Shown here: positions 11,700-23,893 of the stretch, one piece after another | Position numbering within the stretch: the first letter of the stretch is position 1 | Layout of the letters: each line of letters begins with the position of its first letter | From: Psilocybe cubensis | Lineage: Eukaryota | Direction: 5' to 3' | NCBI GenBank assembly: GCA_017499595.2 | Contig: CM039001.1 | Coordinates: 3,224,001 to 3,288,000 of the forward strand | DNA: 64,000 bases | Translations under genes and position numbers: made by a program | The notes under the pieces: model-generated | Database searches by the model: none | What the model saw: only the letters and a program-made list of their open reading frames with translations | Told to the model about the DNA's origin: nothing

Positions 11700-14344
11700 A
11701 TGCCTCTACCTCCAGGTCCGGCGTACTTGCTACAGAACCTGCCCTCGCTCTTGTTTCCCCCAGCTAGTGCAATCCTCGCAGCCAAGCTTCTTACACACCA
11801 CGGCGTTGCTGTACCCACCTGGGCGCTCCTCCTCTCATGCGTGCTTGCCTTCCCAACAGCCGTCTTCCTGCGCGTGCTGTACAGGGATGTGCGCGACCGC
11901 CGTGCTGCGGCAAGGCATGGTGCGGTATTGCCTCCCGCGGTGTATGATCGCTGGCCGGGAGGTGTGACGCTCCTGGCAAAGACACTGGACAATTTCAGGA
12001 ATGGATATCCTGGTGCGTTTGGGCTGGTTAACTAACGTTGAGGAGGGTGCTAACGGAGCGTTCCAAGGCGATATGTTTGTCGAGTGGTCGGAGAAATATG
12101 GACATACGTGGAATTTACGGGTGCTGTTCGAAAATAGGGTGAGCATGTTTTTAAATGTTATGTGGTCAATTTTGATATTTTATACGCAGTTCTTTACGAC
12201 GGAGCCAGAGTATATCAAAGCTATCCTCGCGACACAATTCGAGAACTTTGAAAAAGGTCAATATCGCGTGCTGGAATTCAGGGTTTAGATATTGACGTAC
12301 GGATAGGCCCTCTGTTTAATGACCAGATGCGGTCGGTGTTGGGAACGGGCGTGTTCAACTCTGACGGTACGCATATTTCTCTCCACTACATTCATTATAC
12401 TCATCCATGTAACTCACAGGAGAAATGTGGAAGTGAGCTCTTACCCTCTTCCCCTTCTTCACTCTTCTAACCCACTTGTAGATTCCACCGCGCAATGACC
12501 CGCCCCTTCTTCAGCAAAGACCGCATCACGCACTTTGACATCTTCGACCGGCACGCCTCGGACGCCCTCTCCCAGCTCCGCACGCGCTTGCGACAAGGTG
12601 CACCAGTCGACATCCAGGACCTTGCGTCGCGCTTCACGATGGACGCCGCGACAGAGTTTCTGTTTGGGAATGACGTGAGATCGTTGGATGCAGGGTTACC
12701 TTATCCATTTTACTGCTACGAGTCCGAGTCTGGTTCACACTCCATGGCAGACGCAAGCTTGGTATCGGCTGCCCGTGCATCCCTTCCGCACCAGCAAGCC
12801 CACCCCGCGACGCTCTTCTCCAAAGCGTTCGACGAGGCGCAGAGGCTCATCGCGCTGCGCTCGCGTCGTGGAGTCAATTGGCCGCTCGCAGAATTTTGGA
12901 GGGATGAAGTGAGCGTGCAGATGGAAGTTGTAAATGGGTTTGTGGAGCCGATTTTGAGAGCGGCAGTGGAGAGGAAGCGTGCGGCTGTTGCGGCGGGGGA
13001 TGAGAAGGGTGTAGGTGAGAACGGGGAGAAGGTTGCATTGACGGCGGATAGAGAGGTGAAGGATGGGGAAAGTTTGTTGGACCATTTGATCAATTACACC
13101 GAAGGTGAGCGTAACTTTTTTGAGCTTGGTGTGTATATTGAATGTATTTTGTGCAGATGAGACGGTCCTTCGGGATGAGATTTTGAATATTCTTTTAGCC
13201 GGGCGTGATACTGTAAGGGTGTTTTTTCCGACTGGTCCATTTCCGTCCAATATTTACAACACGCAACACAGACAACAAATAGCATCACCTACGCCGTCTA
13301 CATGCTCGCCGAGCACCCCACTGTGCTCCACCGCCTGCGCGCAGAGATCCTTGACAAAGTCGGTCCAACGCGCCGGCCAACATTCGAGCAAGTTAAAGAG
13401 ATGAGGTATCTCCGCGCGGTGATTAATGAGACCTTGAGGCTTTATCCTGCTGTGTACGTACACTGTTTTTGCTTGTGCGGGAAAAGGAAACGGTTCTGAC
13501 TTATGGGGTTATTCATCACTAATTGCGATTACGACTTTGTCCCTTTTGGCTTGTTGCTTGAACAGGCCGTTTAACATCAGGTCTACGGCGCACCCTGTCA
13601 TCTTACCGGGCAAGTATGGAAACAAACCGTTTTATCTCCCGGCAGGCAGCAAGTGCGTTTCACTCTTTCTTTTGAAATGGTATGTTGAGAATGTGAACTG
13701 ACTTGTAAATGGATGGCATGTGTAGAGTACCGTATAGCGTGTTGTTGATGCATAGGCGCAAGGATTTGTGGGGGCCCGATGGTGCGTTTTTCTTTTTCTA
13801 CGAATTTTCCTGGGTGTTATATTGTGAATTTTATTGATATGTTTTCTGTTTTGTGTGTTTGTAGCGGACGTGTTTGACCCTGATAGGTTCTTGGATGAGA
13901 GATTGAAGAAGTATGTCACGCCGAACCCGTTCATCTTTTTACCGTTCAATGCGGGGCCGAGGATATGTCTTGGGCAGCAGGTGTGTATTAATATTCTTTT
14001 CCTCTTTCCCTCCCATCCCCTTTTCTCCATCATCGATCATTTCTGACAACTACATCTTCCGCATCCCCTCGTTCCGACGAATACAGTTCGCATACCACGA
14101 GACGTCCTTCTTCCTCATCCGACTCCTCCAGCAATTTTCGAACATCACGCACGCGTACGATGCACAGCCGCCTGCATCGCGCCCACCTGCTGATTGGCTT
14201 GCGGGCAGTGAGGGTCCGAAGGGAAGGGATCGGATAAGGATGAAGAGTTACATGACGATGAGTGTGTTGGGTGGGTGTTGGGTACGTATGGAGGAGGCAA
14301 GGGGGTGGGAAGGCGGGGAAGGGGAGGGGGAGGATGTTGTTTGA
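11700..14344 (+). CDS. CYP63: Cytochrome P450 of the CYP63 family (CYP52 clan), multi-exon
   Basis: Motifs [55 protein letters not shown] and heme motif [10 protein letters not shown]. 13-nt microexon at 12420-12432. Confidence 0.93.
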
Positions 14345-14624
14345 GGGGTATAGAGTGAGGGAGGGGGAGTGTATTTTTATGTTGTATGTGATGTGTACTT
14401 TTAGTCTTCTCGTTTTTACAACGTTCTGCAAACAAGTTCGTCCTTCGCGCGGTTCGTGGTTCGGAGAACCGACATATCTGGCCGGCCGACGAGATGCCCT
14501 CTCAGAGTCTATGGGTTTTGGACTCCGCTCTAAACTAACGCCGGGGATTGCCCTTTCCCGCAGTTGTGAGAAGCAGCCGGCTTGTCTCTCTAACCGTCAT
14601 AAGCGCCGTAATGATGGACGACGA

Positions 14625-14957
14625 TATAGCTGCATCTGCAAATGCGTCGCCAGCTATGTAGGAACATCGTCCTGTGCGGTGGAATGACTCTCCTCCCGGG
14701 CTTCGCTGACCGGCTAACAAAGGAGCTCACTACAACTCCTCATTTACTGCTTCCTCACAAATTCCATGTCCGTGTTCGTCCTGAGAGAAAGGACACCGTG
14801 TGGATAGGAGGATCTATCTTGGCATCGTTGAGCACCTTTGATACGATGTGGGTTATGAAGAGGGATTATGAGGAGTTTGGATTAATTGGAGTGAGTTGGT
14901 TGCTTTGGTATTTGTGCGATCTTGACAGTACTTATGTTTTTACTAGAATGTCTTTGA
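14625..14957 (+). pseudogene. Actin relic (3' end only)
   Basis: [23 protein letters not shown]...[20 protein letters not shown]. Retains the last intron (GTGAGT...TAG) and an out-of-frame AA TGT CTT TGA remnant of the K-C-x terminal exon. No room for the 5' part after the CYP63 stop. Confidence 0.85.
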
Positions 14958-15139
14958 GCTGGTGTTAATAATTAAATAACCCGATACCTACTTTCCCTGG
15001 GGAATGGCAGCATCTTCGTCAACCATGAGTATATACGTCACTTTACTTTCTGTTTTTTACGTACTAGCTATTTGCCTCACGTGGTGGCAATTTTCACATT
15101 TCCGAGTGCTTTGTTGACTTTGGTTAATTGCAATTCACC

Positions 15140-15420
15140 ATGCCACGAAAGCGAAAAGCTACTATAGCCAGGATAAATAATCTTCGATCTGCAAGGCGCC
15201 GCTCTACTCCCACAAAGATTACAAATCCAACTGATCAAGAAGTCAAAGAACATCAGGTAAATGATTCAGAAAGAAAACAATTTTTTTACCGTAACCACGC
15301 TCTGAAAAAACTATAGCAGAAGATACATGCAGGTGACAATGAAGACGATGAAGCGGAAACAGAAGGTCCTATCACAATTGTCCCACTGGAACACCAAGAG
15401 GATATTCAAACCGGTCTTAG
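15140..15420 (+). mobile_element. Possible DNA-transposon ORF relic (basic N-terminus, then acidic tract)
   Basis: MPRKRKATIARINNLRSAR resembles N-termini of agaric transposon ORFs. The frame breaks after about 60 codons and no DDE core is visible. Confidence 0.25.
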
Positions 15421-15804
15421 AAGCCCTGCACCCAGCCTAGAGGGCGGTCAATATACCTTTCGAGCTTCTGTGGACACAGGTGCGCTACAGGGGAGACCAC
15501 ACGAGCAAGAGGGCGTCTTCCTTGAATGGTCTGCGTTTCCCAATGCGATGGGCAAAGTCGATGGCTCCAATAGCACAGCAGTACCCAACCCCTTTCACAC
15601 TTGTTCCTCCAATCCCCAAGCACAGCAATAGTTTATTATTTTCTACATCTGCTGTTTTAGCTGACAGCAATACTATCAGTATCACTGATTGATATTATAA
15701 AAGAAGGAACCAAATGTTTTATCAGCTAGTTGGTTCAAGGTCTGCCTTTGGGCTGTTTTGGCGTTTTGCGTTAATCGAATTGCCCAAGGTAAGACATTGA
15801 ACAA

Positions 15805-15884
15805 TCGGATATGGTGTAACGGCTAACATTGCCGCCTCTCATACCAGATCGCGGCAGCTCGGGGTTCGATTCCCCGTATCCGAA
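15805..15884 (+). tRNA. tRNA-Glu(CTC) with 8-nt intron
   Basis: Acceptor stem TCGGATA/TATCCGA, anticodon stem GCCGC/GCGGC with loop CT-CTC-A[TACCAGAT]C, T-arm CGGGG-TTCGATT-CCCCG. A T-run Pol III terminator follows. Confidence 0.93.
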
Positions 15885-16481
15885 ATTTTTGACTCCGCTT
15901 TAATATCTTTATACTATATCGCCATCGGCGATCGCTGGCAGGATTTACCAAGTTAAATAAAGATATAGATTGTCGGGACGTCGGCCACCTTTTTAATTTG
16001 TTTTACGACGTCTGGAAAGCCTCGAACTTCGAAGCGAGAGAATCTTGGTCACACTTTGGTCACGGTCACTGGTAATTTGTTACAGTGGGCGCCGCCGCCG
16101 ACCCCTACCTCCCTCACCACCATCATGTTAAGGACTCACATGCCAACTTGATCTCCTATATCTTGGTTGCTGCCTCTCAGTCGACCGCTTATCTATAAAA
16201 AATACCCTTGGCCCAATGGGCGAGTTCCGAATAGCAGTTTGACACAAGTTTGACGAGAATGGACAACGTCTGGCAGCTGGCATCTTCTAGACTGTGCACC
16301 TCCCACAGTCACTCGGCGACTCTTTGGGAGGAGCTGGTTTTATAGCACATAAATGCCTCGAGGCTTCAGACAATGCCGATTATTCCGTCACAAAAGATCA
16401 ATCTCTTCTTCGCCATACTACCCTTTGCATTAATTGAATAAAAACTTCCAAGGTTGGTGATAAATTGCAGAGGGCATTCAG

Positions 16482-18007
16482 ATGGACGATGGTACAGCAG
16501 CTGTGGTGAGCACGTCGATGCTCGATTGTACAAAAAATCATTTATAGACACAGGTTATGGACAATGGGACCGGTATGAGCAAAGCGGGACGTAAGTTTTT
16601 TTCATTGTTGAAAAGAGTGGTGTTTCATCGTTGACATCTATGTTCTGCGGTCGCTGGTGACGATGCACCTCGTGCTGTTTTCCCGTGTGTATACAGGGCT
16701 GACATTTAACGAGTATTTAAAAAGTTCATTCTCGTCTGTAGTTCGGTTGTTGGTCGACCACGGTTTCCAGGTGTCTTGGCTGGAATGACTATCGAGGACA
16801 CATACGTTGGGTATCAATAATTCGATGCATATAAGAAACGTCAAACTAAACTGAACCATTTCTGCTTAAAGCGAACAAGCGCAGGCGAAACGTGGTATGC
16901 TGACCTTGCAAAACCCTGTCGAATTCGGAATGGTTACCAATTGGGCCAACATGGAGAAACTCTGGCATCATGCTTTCTACAACGAACTTTGCGTGGTCCC
17001 CGAGGAGCACCCTGTGCTTCTGACAGAGGTCATCCACAATCCAAAAACCAACCGCGAGAAGATGATGCAAATAATGTTCGAGACGTTCCACGTCCCCGCG
17101 TTCAATGTGTCTGTCCAGGCCGTGTTGTCGCTTTTGGCTTCTGGTCGGAGAACAGGCATCGTTCTCGACTCTGGAGATAGTGTTTCGCATATGGTGCCTG
17201 TCTACGAATGTTTTTCTTTGCCTTATGCAAGCCGCCGTCTTGATATTGCTGGAATTGACATTACACAATATCTGGCTACGATTTTGACAGAGAGCGGGTA
17301 TGTGTTCGCGACAACTGCTGAACGGGATATTGTGCGTGACATCAAGGAGAAATTCTGCTACGTTGCCTTGGATTTTGAAAAGGAGATGCAACTTGCTAAT
17401 GAATCTTCTGGCAGTGACATACGATATGAACTTCCAGATGGGCATACTATCGATATTAACAGTCAGAGGTAATACTTTCGCATTTTTCTTTGCTTAGTTG
17501 GATAATATCAATTTGACGTCCCAGGTTTCGTGCTCCTGAAGTACTCTTTCGACCGTCTTTACTGGGCTATGAGTGGCCCGCTGTTCACAAAATGTTGTAT
17601 GTATGAGTTACAAACCATGAATTATTTCTTATGCTGTTGTCAGAGACATTTCCATATCAAAATGCGACGTCGATATGCGTTTGGACCTCTACTCGAACGT
17701 TGTTCTATCTGGTGGAACGACCCTTTTCCCGGGAATAGCTGAACGTCTCAGCAAGGAGCTGGCGGAGCTGGCCCCGAAAGGCAGCAAAGTCAATGTCATT
17801 GCTCCTCCCAAGCGAAAATATTCCGTCTGGATTGGAGGGTCGATTCTAGCGACATTGAGTACATTCAAGAGTGTATGCATTTCAAGAAGGGAGTACGACG
17901 AGCATGGCGCTAGAATCATCCATCGCAGTGAGTGTTTACATCAGCAGGTGTTGAATGATAAAGCGTCAAGTTTCCAACATCCCTGATTTCTGTTAGAATG
18001 CTTCTGA
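16482..18007 (+). CDS. Divergent actin paralogue A (7 introns; one acceptor is non-canonical)
   Basis: Spliced translation [39 protein letters not shown]...IIHRKCF with no internal stops. Intron positions match actins C and D. The intron-2 acceptor reads GG at 16649-16650. Confidence 0.85.
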
Positions 18008-18308
18008 TCAGCAGGTATTGACGTCTGAAGATGGCATGGATAGCAAAGGATTATCATCAGTCTCAAGCTGCGCTCTGGTCATTGGTCACTGCATAGCTAA
18101 TTTGGATCCCCGTGCATACCTTGGTCTGACAGATTGGCAGATTGCCGTGAAATCGATGCTCTGCACATTTGTCATTGGCATCATCATTTTCTTTAGTAGG
18201 ACATTCAAATTTTGAGGCTATGCTTGCCTCCATGCTTCATAAAGAACTTAACAACTTTGACTCGTTTATAGTTCCTCCCGAGGTCGTCTAACATTACAAC
18301 GTCTGGAG

Positions 18309-20027
18309 ATGGATTACTCTGAAGACACACCAGCCGTGGTGAGTATAATTTAACCTAAGATTATTTTATCTAGGATCCTCATATGCGCGCATTCACTGTC
18401 AGATTATTGACAACGGATCGGGTACTTGCAGGGCGGGGTGTAAGTTCCAAATAATTTAGGGCTTTTTCCAATTAATGATTTACCAGCTATATACGTTTTG
18501 TTGACAAATTGTAGTCGCCGGTATGTCTGCAGCATTATTGATAACAGTCATTACCTTGACTTGCAATCAGGAAACGATGCACCACATGCTAGCATTCCGT
18601 ACGTGTTCCCTTTTGGCACTATTATTAGTGTTAGGTTAATAAATTACTGAATTTATACATGTTATAGAAACATTATTGGGTATCCACGATACTCTCTCGC
18701 GGGCCCACCGACGCTGCTTGGTTCCGGAAGCCCCAAAGACAGATACATCGGGTATGTGGTTTCTGTCTCTCCCCATCCACCCCACGCTCGTTCCTCACTG
18801 TTGAAACCATTCACAAAAATCTATCCAAATCTTTAAGAATCGATGCCCAAACCCGACGTGGTATCCTAAACCTCAGATACCCCATCGAGCACGGGGTCGT
18901 CAAAGACTGGGAAGGGATGGAAGCGATGTGGTCGCACCTCTTCTCAGAACAGCTGCGTGTTGACATGGACGCCGACCCTCGCCCCGTCTTACTGTCTGAG
19001 CCCCCGCTTAATCCGCGCACACAGCGCGCCAGGGCAGCGGAGGTGCTTTTCGAACGCCTGCATGCGCCTGCGATGCATATGCGCTGCGCGCCGCAGCTGG
19101 CGCTGTACGCTTCCGGGCGGGCGTCGGGACTGATGCTCGATGTAGGCGATGGGGTGGCACATGCGGTGCCGATATACGAAGGTTATTCCCCCGTTGCGGT
19201 TCCGGGAGCGATGAGGAGGTGGGATTTTGGCGGGAGGGATATTACAGACTTCTTGGGTAGGTTGTTTAGGGAGAAGGGGTATGCATTGAGTGCCGGGGAA
19301 GGGGCGACAAGAGAGGTAGTAAGAGAGGTGAAGGAGTTGCGAGGATATGTTGCACTGGACTACGATAAGGAGATGACCAATCTCAGAGAGAAGGGCGAAG
19401 GTATTACTGAGAAGACGTACGAGCTTCCGGATGGGCTGTCAATCGTCCTTGGGAATGAAATGTAGGTTGACAGTGGGCTGTTGTGAGCCTGTAATGACGC
19501 CTTTCAGGTTTAGAGCGCCTGAGGCCTTGTTCCAACCGACATTGGTCGGAGAAGAGGGTCCTGGCCTCCATGAGATGGTGTAAGTTCTTTTCCCATATTT
19601 GTCCATAGCCTCGTTCAAGCAATGAAGCAATGACGCCAAATTTTGTTTTACTCAAAAAGCTGGGCGTCAATTGCCAAATGCGACATTGATCTCCGACGTG
19701 TCTTGTACCGGAACATAATACTCTCCGGAGGATCAACGAAGTTCTACGGATTTGTCCGGCGTCTACAGAAAGAGCTGGATAATCTGACGCCCGGTTCAGG
19801 AGTGGAGGTTAAAATTGTTGATATTCCAGAACGCAAATTCAACGTGTGGATTGGCGGTTCCATTCTTGCGTCTTTGAGTACGTTCAGACGGATGTGGGTC
19901 ACCAAACGGCAGTGGGAGGAATTTGGGGAAGAAATCGTGCACACAAGTGAGCGTGATTTTCACTAGCCTTTGCCGCGCGGTATGTTCATGGCTACGCTTT
20001 CTGCCATGTTTTACAGAATGCGTTTAA
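18309..20027 (+). CDS. Highly divergent actin paralogue B (8 introns)
   Basis: Spliced translation [29 protein letters not shown]...YPIEHG...DVGDGVAHAVPIYEG...[14 protein letters not shown]...IVHTKCV. All introns are GT-AG at the same positions as in C and D, including a 6-nt microexon at 18515-18520. Confidence 0.9.
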
Positions 20028-21242
20028 AATAGCACGGCATCAGATCTGAGGACTGTCAATGTGGGGAAGCAGACATATTTAGATGGCGTATGTGTGGGTT
20101 CCGAAGGCATCACACTCAGGCTCGTTTTAAAATGAAAACAGTTTACATATGGCTATCCTCCTACCTTGGGAGATGGTATTTCTCGATTCGCGAAGCCAAC
20201 AGAGAGCCATCAAGGGCACAGAGAACAATCAAACATCACTGGCTTTCAAGTTTGCATTGCAACTGTGGTGAGTTGTCAGATATTTCTGAGTTGGAATCTG
20301 CGGCGCCACCATGAGGCTGAGGACATGATTGTTGAAAACGTTGCAATTTTGAAGTACCGCTATTCGGAATCCGGAGAAGCGAGCTCGTCACCGACGCGGA
20401 TACCGAGGTGTTTATATATTATTATCGGACGCTACCTATCAGGAGTCTAAATCGACAAGTAAAAGATGCATTCATTATTGAGTCTGTGTGAGGATAGCTG
20501 ATGCATTCAGTGTTGAACTGAAGGATAAAACGCGTCGTGAGGTTCCCATAGCCGTGACAAAGCTCTTCTCATCCTCGCCATGATGCATTCAAACTTCCAT
20601 ATTCTCCTCCTTTTAATTAATACGGCTGAAGGTTTTGCACACGAAGAACGCCGCCGGACAGCTTCATTCTCCTTTTCCTTCCGTAATGAATCATGTGAGG
20701 AATTCATAGGAGCTCGACATCGATCTCAAGTACGTGAACACGCGTGTAAACCGTTAGCACAGGGCCCGCAAACGAAATTTGTCGCATATAGTGATATAAT
20801 TACTTCCTACAGATCCCAGGAAACATCTATCCTCACCAGAAACAGTCAAAAAGTGTGGCACCCTCGTTTTTACTACGAAAGAAATGAGGACTTCATAAGT
20901 TGATTCGATGGGCGTTCCTTAATAGGAGTGTGAAATGCGAGACGGAATAACGGGCGCTTATCGAAGTCACGCGTTGAGACTTGGCCTGCCTTCAGAACTG
21001 TGAGCGTGCTGCTCATATGTCGGTTTTTTATATGCTCTTCCAGAGAGCGCGGCCTCTTCAAGGCGTTTCATTTTTTTGGCCTCATGGTCGCAAGCTGATG
21101 CCATAGACCTTGGACGACTCACCTGTTAAAATTGACGTCCTTGCCAGTTTGTATATCTCGCTGCCACTTTCTGTCTTTGCCCTAATTTGCTACTTCTTGT
21201 ATCTAGGCCCCCTTCTTCGCTCCCACTTCATTTGGCTTCGTT

Positions 21243-22862
21243 ATGGACTCGCGCGCCGAGCTTGGCGACGACTCGACACCGCACAGAACGATTTGGACGA
21301 TCGTCCGCACCTGCCTAGCCACCATCATTGCTTGCACATGGGTCGCTGTACACCCCAACATACCGGGTCCTAAACATGGACTCCTCAGAATACTATTTAC
21401 GCGACTGGGAATAATGTTCATGGTACTCATCGCCCCCGAAATGATCATTACTTGGGCGGCCCGTCAGTATCTTGCGGCACGGGAGATTCAGAGGGATTTG
21501 GGTGACTTGGACAATTCGTCGGATAATCTGCCTTGGTATAAACGCAGTACGTACAAGTTGCGCACTGAGGCACATATTCAAGTATGTTAACGCTGATTGG
21601 TCTTAGTCGGACGATTTTTCCTCCATCTTTGGCACTCCTTCATCTTCTGGGTGAAGGGCCTTTTTGATGGAGAGTTCAAGGTTGACAGTCGCAGTATGTC
21701 GTATTTCATTGTCGTTATCGCAAGATATTAATCACTTTCAAACCCCTTTACAGAAGAGTGGACCATAGTTCACTCATATTTTCTGTTAATGGGAGGCTTT
21801 GCAATACACGACCAGCATGATAACTCCGTCAAGACACTCGACTTGCAAAAAATGATCGAGCTGAAGAAGAAAAATAGGATCAGACAGTGGCCACCTGTCG
21901 CAGAAACCGACCTCACAGACAAAAGCAAAGGAGACTTCTTCTCAAAAGGTGTCGTTATTGTTCAAATTTCGTGGTTCGTCGTGCAATGCATCGTTAGGAA
22001 ACTGCAGAGGTTGACGCTTACACAGTTGGAGATTGCCACCCTTGCCTATGCACCACTTACTTTGGCACTGTATGTACTTTGGTGGGACAAGCCCCTCGGC
22101 GTCAGACACCCTGTTGTTGTGGAACTCACTCAAGAATATCATTGGATAAGCCCTTTGTCAATCCATGAAACCAGGCCAACTCCGAGCATGACCGATGCAC
22201 TTGATTGGTTTGAGGAAGGTGCCAGGGTTAAGCTTTGCAGACTTTGGTCAAGTCTGGGAGTTTTCCAAAGGACAGCAATAATCTGTCTGGTTCTCCTTCT
22301 GTCACCGTTGATTATACCTATGTTTACGCTCGGTGTAGCCTTACTTCTGATCATGGCGGGTCTGGCAATTTCCGTCCCCATTCTCCTGTTCCAGAGAACC
22401 GAGATCGCGGCGGAGGGTGACCATGTTCCTGCCCTTTACGCTCCTATGATCGCCAGCGAAAAATGGAGAACATTTTGCCAATACGTGTGCCCGGCGATAG
22501 TAGGTTTCATATTCGGAGGTATCCACGCCTTTGCGTGGTTTGCCTCTTTCCCAACGACGTTCGAAAAGTGGGCGTGGAGAGCAGCGACAATCACGATCGG
22601 CACGTTCTTCGGGTGGAGGATATATAGGTTGTTGCTGAAATTATTCAAGGACGTGTCGGAGAAGTGCACTTGTGGTGTTCTTTTTGTCGGTCTACCTGGA
22701 TTTTTGAGTGGTCTTCTAAATGCGTGCTTCTTGTGGTTCCTTTGTACGGTTTTCGTGCCTGCTCGTATTGCACTTTTGGTTCTGCCTTTCACTTCTCTCA
22801 GGGCACTCCCTGCTGGAGCGTTCCGAGATATCGATTGGGTATCCATTATTCCTCATATATAG
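21243..22862 (+). CDS. Multi-pass membrane protein of a widespread uncharacterised fungal family (2 introns)
   Basis: Family motifs RTIWTIVRTCLATIIACTWVAVHPNIP, APE, MGGF, DKSKGD, QISWFVVQC, LEIATLA, WWDKP, FGGIH...FPT..E..WR, with many hydrophobic segments. Confidence 0.85.
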
Positions 22863-23893
22863 ACAGAATCAACCTACATCATTGTCGTTCGTAGTACAAC
22901 ATTATGTAGATCCTGTATTTAGTTAGTGGGTTTCTTCTTACGACAGCTGTGCCGTCTTCTGCGTAATTTATTTTGGATCCTAATTTTTTTTGAGTGTGGT
23001 ACCCAAACGACGGTGATTTGCGTTTTCCCAAAAAGGTAAAGTTCCTCCCTAAGTACTACGCCGGGACAGTCAACGGCATAGGCGGGATATTGTTGGTCAA
23101 TCTTACACTGCATGTACATGTCCTTGTGATGCATATTGAAAAATATCAGCAGTTGGGCCAAGGCGTAATGAGTTTATTCTTTCCAGACCTCGTATACTTT
23201 TTGGGTTTTTAGACACTCGGAGGTTGTTCCTCGAAGACACATCGTTCAAGGCACGAGGCAGCGGGTTCTCTGGGCTCCGAGTTGAAAATGTGGAACTAAC
23301 ATCCAGCGGCTGACCTATGACTGGTAATCTGGCCCAGGTGAGACGTGACCGTAAGAAACGATGCTACAAACCATCGATCCACGGAACTCGTAAATCGATA
23401 CGGTACTTGACAACAATCGCGCTCATCACCGCGCAAATCTTGTGGTTCTTTCTATTTTAGAGGGTGAGGTGATGTGATTGGTATTTTTGGACCATCAGAT
23501 TCGGAGTGGTCCAGGTGGTAGTAGTGACGCGGTGAAGGGTTGGAGAATGTTGATTGTCAAGAGCACATCGATAAGAGATCATAGATGGGGGGTTCTATGG
23601 AGCTAGTGTCTCCAATCACTAAAGCCATGATCACCAGTGGACGTCTAGGACGACGACACGATTACTCCAGAGTCCGAGTCCGAGTCCAAGAGAATAAAAA
23701 ATGGCACATGAGCGCAAAAGAGGCGATGTTATGCTAGATGAGCGGTCGTAGAGAGACAAATGACTGGTCTCGCAGGCCGCAGTGAACAGGTTAAATAGTA
23801 CGCAGACTTGTGCGCAGCAGGAGCATCATTCAAGGACTGCGGACGGGCCAATAGGAAGTGCTTAGTCATTGTGATGGCGCCGTCGGTCATCGA

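Noticed and set aside
18309-20027. Calling paralogue B the dynactin Arp1 (centractin) because of RARAAEVLFE, HAVP and GGST.F.GF
   Set aside because: It has the eight intron positions and K-C-x terminus of the neighbouring actins and lacks conserved Arp1 stretches such as VQAVLSLY and PKH. Phylogeny is still needed to exclude this formally.
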